A DNA stretch of 32,000 nt from Candidatus Brocadia sp. (lineage in GTDB: Bacteria; Planctomycetota; Brocadiia; Brocadiales; Brocadiaceae), in NCBI GenBank assembly GCA_021650915.1, contig CP091279.1, positions 180,001 to 212,000 of the forward strand. The letters run 5' to 3'. The notes below the pieces were generated by a model, which was given only the letters and a program-made list of their open reading frames with translations, made no database searches and was not told the origin of the DNA. Below are positions 27,378 through 32,000 of this stretch, piece by piece. Position numbers and translations under genes: made by a program. Numbering within the stretch: position 1 is the stretch's first letter; each line of letters opens with the position of its first letter.

Positions 27378-27613
27378 AAAACGAAGCGGGTTCTTTGATC
27401 CTCATGAAAAAGGGTTATTGGTAAAGATTTTTACAAAACAGGCAGCAGGCATACCGGGGTTATGGGTCTGATAACGTGAAAATAAGGCGTTGTAAAGCCA
27501 TTTCTGATATCGAATAAGCGGACATATTCCCGATTTTTTGTAAAAAATGAACAAATAGTTATGGATGAATACCTGCGAAAGTTGTCGTGGCAGGCATGCC
27601 TTTCCCTCCGGAG

Positions 27614-27681
27614 TGTGGGCATCACCCACGAAAAATAAGCGATATGGACGAGTAATATGTGGTGGGCGATGCCCACCCTAC
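27614..27681. repeat. Imperfect palindromic repeat
   Basis: GTGGGCATCACCCAC ... GTGGGCGATGCCCACCCTAC. Confidence 0.45.
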
Positions 27682-28025
27682 CCGGTTAGCCCGATACCAA
27701 AAATCGGAAATGTACACGGGCAGGCTGTTATTCTCATTTATAATATTGGTGACAAAAGCCACTGTCAATAGAAAAACCGTATCCCCGTCATGCATACAGC
27801 ACCATCGCTGAAAACAGAAAAATATCAGAAGAGTATAGAGTCGCAGGATATGGTTCTGGATATGGTTATGGATAAGAACGGTAAACGGAGATGATCAGAC
27901 AGCGGGAGAGAAAGACCGGAAAAATGAGGTGTAAAGCAAAAAGATATAGAATTCTGGGGAATGAAAATGCTAAGATAGTAGCGTCAATTTTCATATCCAG
28001 GGTGTTTGAAAGGAAAAGATACATC

Positions 28026-28841
28026 ATGATACAAGAAAAAATCGGGTTTATCGGTGGCGGGAGGATGGCGGAGGCGCTCAGCAGAAGTCTTATCGGGAGC
28101 GGGCTGAGTGATGCTGGCCGTATTCTGGTAAGTGATGTGCTGCCGGAACGATGCCGGCTGTTAAGTCAGGAGACCGGCGTAAAGACAACACAAAACAACA
28201 AGGACGTGGTTGCCTTTGCTGACGTTCTTATCTTTGCGGTAAAACCTCCCCTGATGAACGAGATCCTGAATGACCTGAAAAACAGTATTACCCAACGGCA
28301 TATCGTAATATCGATTGCCGCGGGCATTCCGGTGCGATTTGTTGAATCCAGACTGCAGGCGGGCGTTCGGGTCGTCCGGGTAATGCCGAATACCCCCTGT
28401 TTGGTTGGCCTCTCAGCAACGGCCTTTGCCCTGGGTCAGCATGCTACCCCGGCAGATGGGCAATTGGTGTCCACCCTCTTTCAGTCCGTTGGGAAGGTGT
28501 TTCAGATGGAAGAAAAGTATTTGGATTCCGTGACCGGCCTGAGCGGAAGCGGCCCTGCGTACGTTTATCTGTTTATTGAGGCATTATCGGACGGCGGCGT
28601 CAAAGTGGGGCTGCCGCGGGATATCGCCACTACCCTTGCGGCGCAAACCGTATTGGGCGCCGCAAAGATGGTCCTGGAGACGGGACAGCATCCGGCCCAG
28701 TTAAAGGATGCCGTGACCTCGCCGGGCGGCACAACGATTGAAGGAATAAGCGCGTTAGAAGACGGCGGCCTCCGGGCGGCCGTCATCAATGCCGTCGTGG
28801 CTGCAACGTTAAAATCAAAGAAATTAGGAGAACTATCATAA
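28026..28841 (+). CDS. proC: Pyrroline-5-carboxylate reductase
   Basis: ORF opens at 27891, but likely start is ATG at 28026: [22 protein letters not shown]; C-terminal [26 protein letters not shown]...[12 protein letters not shown]. Confidence 0.96.
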   Translation: [271 protein letters not shown]

Positions 28842-30854
28842 ATGCTAATACAAAAAATAGACAAAGAAAAGGTTGATCTGGCCGTAAACACGTTAAGAAT
28901 GCTTTCTGCAGATGCGGTTGAAAAGGCACAGTCAGGCCATCCCGGCCTTCCTATGGGTTTTGCAGACATAGCCTTTGTCCTTTGGATGCAATTCCTGCGA
29001 TTCCATCCCGAAGACCCGCAGTGGCCCAATCGCGACCGTTTTATCCTGTCTGCCGGACATGGTTCCGCGCTCTTGTACTCATTGCTGCACCTCTTTGGTT
29101 ATGATGTCTCCCTGGAAGACCTCAAGCAGTTCCGACAGTTTGGAAGCAAGACCCCCGGTCACCCTGAATACCGGCATACGCCAGGGGTAGAGGTTACCAC
29201 GGGCCCGCTGGGCCAGGGATTTGCCAACGGGGTAGGAATGGCGCTGGCCCAACGCATGCTGGCGGAACGATTTAATAAAGACGGCAGCAAGATTATTCAT
29301 CATCACATTTACGGGGTAGTGAGCGATGGTGACCTGATGGAGGGAATTACCTCCGAGGCCGCTTCGCTTGCCGGACATCTCGGTCTTTCCAATATTATCT
29401 ACGTGTACGACAGTAACCAAATCTCCATTGAAGGAACTACTTCCCTGACCTTTACCGAGGACGTTGGGAAACGATTTGAGGCGTATAACTGGCGGGTGAT
29501 GAAGATAGACGGGCATAACCATCAGGAGATTGCTGAGGCTATTGAAGCGGCGCGGAACGAACAAGCACGGCCTTCGCTGATCATTGCCAGGACGCACATT
29601 GGCAGAGGAAGCCCCAATAAACAGGATATGGCGTCTGCTCATGGCGAACCGCTGGGGGCAAAGGAGCTGGAGTTGACAAAGGATAACATCGGCTGGCCTC
29701 AAAGCCCGACATTCCTTATTCCGGACGAGGTACTGCGCCTGTGCCGGAGTCGTGTCGATGAGCTCAGGGAAGAGTATAATCAATGGCGGGGTATGTGCAA
29801 GAGACATTTCAAAAGCGACCCTCATCTGTCCAAGGCATGGAACACCTTCCTTCAGAAAGAAATCCCTGCTGATCTGGAACTTGAGTTGCTGAAAACAATT
29901 AAAAAGGACGCCATTGCCACCCGTTCAGCATCGGGAGATATGATACAGGTGATTGCACAGCGCATTCCTTCTTTGATGGGTGGTTCTGCAGACCTCAGCC
30001 CTTCGACAAAAACCTCGATAAAAAGCTCTCCTTCCCTGGAGAAGACGATGTTTTCAGGAAGAAATATTCATTTCGGGGTGAGGGAGCACGCCATGGGTGG
30101 TATTTTGAATGGGCTGGCGCTGTACGGAGGCATTATTCCCTTTGGCTCAACCTTTCTGATGTTCTCCGACTATATGCGTCCTCCCATCCGGCTTGCAGCC
30201 ATGATGAAGATCCAGGTGATCTATGTATTTACCCACGACAGTATCTTTGTTGGTGAAGACGGTCCTACCCACCAGCCCATTGAACAATTGCCCTCCCTCC
30301 GTGCCATACCCAACCTGCTGGTGATACGGCCGTCAGACGCCACCGAAACAGCGGCTGCCTGGATAACGGCGCTCAAGCATAAAAACGGGCCAACGGCGCT
30401 GATCCTCACCCGTCAGGATGTACCGGTAATCATCCGTTCAATTTATCCGTCACAAAGTCAGTTGCAACAGGGGGCGTACATTTTAAAGGATTCCGTCAAA
30501 CCGCCGGAGATCGTCCTTATGGCAACCGGCTCAGAGGTCGCCATTGCCCTTGATGCCACCCTGCAGTTGCAGGGAAAAGGGATACAGGCGAGGCTTCTGA
30601 GTGTGCCCTGTTTCGAGCTGTTTCGCTCTCATTCAGCGGAATACAGGAACAGCGTGCTCCCGCCGGACTGCAGAAAGCGGGTGGCCATTGAAGCCGCCGG
30701 AAAAAGCAGTTGGTATGAACTGGTCGGGTTGGATGGTCTTATCATCGGGCTCGATGGCTATGGCGCTTCAGCGCCGGCAAAAATCCTGGCAGAGCACTAT
30801 GGTTTTACAGTAAAAAATATTCTTAGTGAAATTGCCAGGAAATGGGGCGTTTAA
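28842..30854 (+). CDS. tkt: Transketolase
   Basis: 670 aa; [61 protein letters not shown]; complete length. Confidence 0.97.
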   Translation: MLIQKIDKEKVDLAVNTLRMLSADAVEKAQSGHPGLPMGFADIAFVLWMQFLRFHPEDPQWPNRDRFILSAGHGSALLYSLLHLFGYDVSLEDLKQFRQFGSKTPGHPEYRHTPGVEVTTGPLGQGFANGVGMALAQRMLAERFNKDGSKIIHHHIYGVVSDGDLMEGITSEAASLAGHLGLSNIIYVYDSNQISIEGTTSLTFTEDVGKRFEAYNWRVMKIDGHNHQEIAEAIEAARNEQARPSLIIARTHIGRGSPNKQDMASAHGEPLGAKELELTKDNIGWPQSPTFLIPDEVLRLCRSRVDELREEYNQWRGMCKRHFKSDPHLSKAWNTFLQKEIPADLELELLKTIKKDAIATRSASGDMIQVIAQRIPSLMGGSADLSPSTKTSIKSSPSLEKTMFSGRNIHFGVREHAMGGILNGLALYGGIIPFGSTFLMFSDYMRPPIRLAAMMKIQVIYVFTHDSIFVGEDGPTHQPIEQLPSLRAIPNLLVIRPSDATETAAAWITALKHKNGPTALILTRQDVPVIIRSIYPSQSQLQQGAYILKDSVKPPEIVLMATGSEVAIALDATLQLQGKGIQARLLSVPCFELFRSHSAEYRNSVLPPDCRKRVAIEAAGKSSWYELVGLDGLIIGLDGYGASAPAKILAEHYGFTVKNILSEIARKWGV

Positions 30855-30949
30855 ATTGAGGAGAATGACCGCCGGGGAACAGGAGGAATCTATCCTTAAT
30901 GAAGAGTATCTTACAGAAAATATTTTGACATTTTTAGTAAAAATATTGT

Positions 30950-31006
30950 GTAGCGCAGGCATCGTACCTGCATTTTAGCGAATTGCAGACTGGAAGCCTG
31001 CGCTAC
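30950..31006. repeat. GTAG...CTAC palindromic repeat
   Basis: GTAGCGCAGGC ... GCCTGCGCTAC. Confidence 0.6.
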
Positions 31007-31656
31007 GACCTTTTCCGGCTCGTTCGGGTTAGTCATTATGTTGCTCCGGCAACACCCAGAAACGATGAAAATTGGGTTTGTTGCTGTATTATAAATTAAT
31101 ACTGATAGTTACGCTGTTTTTTGTGGTCTTATTTCCGAACCAGAAATTTTCAAACTTTCTGCTCCTGTCTAACACACACCCAACCCCCGCTCAAGCTTAC
31201 TGTTGGACAATCTTTTTTCTAGACAAGTTCTGTTTAGGGACGACTTCGTCGTGAGTGCTCAGTCGAACGATTAAGGCGTTGATTTTTACGCCGAATCCAC
31301 CACACCTATTTCCCGGAAAGGTGGATTCGCTCTCGCTTAATCCACCCTACCGCAGACCCGTTTAAATAAAATGAAAATTCCTATACCATTAAGTTGAGGA
31401 TATTGTAACTATAGAGCTGGCGCATAAGCGAAAAGATTCGTTGTAAATCAGGGAGAAGAGGCGATAGGACGGGGCAATAATTTTGTAAAGTCTACAAAAA
31501 GATATCAAGAACGGCAGCATGAAAAGGCTTGTTTTTCAGGGGAGATGAAAAAATATTTGAAGAAAAGAGGGGAAAAATTACAAAATAGTCGTGCCCATCT
31601 TGTATAATAAATCAGGCAAACTATTCGAAATACCATACAAGGGAGGGCACAGTGAA

Positions 31657-32000
31657 ATGATACCATTATTGAGGAACACAAGCCAGCAAAAACCATTATT
31701 CCATATCATTCATGAAGACGACAGATATTTGCTGAATACCGATGATGCGGAGTGGTTTCAGGTATTGTACCATTTTCGATACGAAAGATATGTGGGGTTT
31801 GGAGTAGACTATTATAATGCGCTGCATGAATTTAACCAGAAGCAGGCCAGGGAGCGAGAAGAGCGAGGAGTTGAGGGGGAGAAAGATGCGAGGGAGACCA
31901 AGGAGGAAGCGCGGCAGAGATTGCTCTTTTCACGGGTAACCATGCAGGCAGAGGGTGAGAGAGGAGAAGGGGTTTTATTCGAGGTAAAAAGAGAAGATTT
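31657..32000 (+). CDS. Hypothetical protein, N-terminal part, runs off window
   Basis: Read directly from sequence, absent from the ORF track: MIPLLRNTSQQKPLFHIIHEDDRYLLNTDDAEWFQVLYHFRYERYVGFGVDYYNALHEFNQKQAREREERG...; preceded by GGGAGGG; no stop up to 32000. Confidence 0.55.
   Translation, partial: MIPLLRNTSQQKPLFHIIHEDDRYLLNTDDAEWFQVLYHFRYERYVGFGVDYYNALHEFNQKQAREREERGVEGEKDARETKEEARQRLLFSRVTMQAEGERGEGVLFEVKRED

Noticed and set aside
1-32000. CRISPR arrays, tRNA or rRNA genes
   Set aside because: No regularly spaced direct repeats or recognisable tRNA/rRNA sequences were found by reading; a tool-based scan was not possible.

Overview
The window is a mostly minus-strand accessory region followed by plus-strand housekeeping genes (proC, tkt). 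The gene content looks planctomycete- or anammox-like, but that is inference only. The clearest signal that no ORF explains is three minus-strand RNAs with the c-di-GMP-I (GEMM-I) riboswitch signature: GG(C/U)AAACC - stem with GNRA loop - G(A/G)CGCAAAG ... CUGCCGAAG. In each one the 3' strand of the aptamer is also the 5' arm of a terminator-like hairpin. They lie upstream of (i) an exopolysaccharide-type sugar transferase followed by two exported small proteins, (ii) a PocR-domain sigma54 regulator whose Fis HTH is displaced into another frame, and (iii) a roughly 12 kb minus-strand run. That run encodes an Ig/Fn3-like lipoprotein, an alpha/beta-hydrolase lipoprotein, a second alpha/beta hydrolase, a metallophosphoesterase, a caspase-like/lipase fusion and a membrane patatin phospholipase. 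A STAS-PilZ protein with intact PilZ motifs sits next to riboswitch 1. The best candidate for an undescribed system is therefore a c-di-GMP-controlled multi-hydrolase cell-envelope module. The window also has a frameshifted ISL3-like insertion sequence with 25-bp terminal inverted repeats, several GTAG...CTAC palindromic repeats, nested intergenic palindromes with shared ends, and a histidine kinase/sigma54 regulator/PpiC-type isomerase operon.
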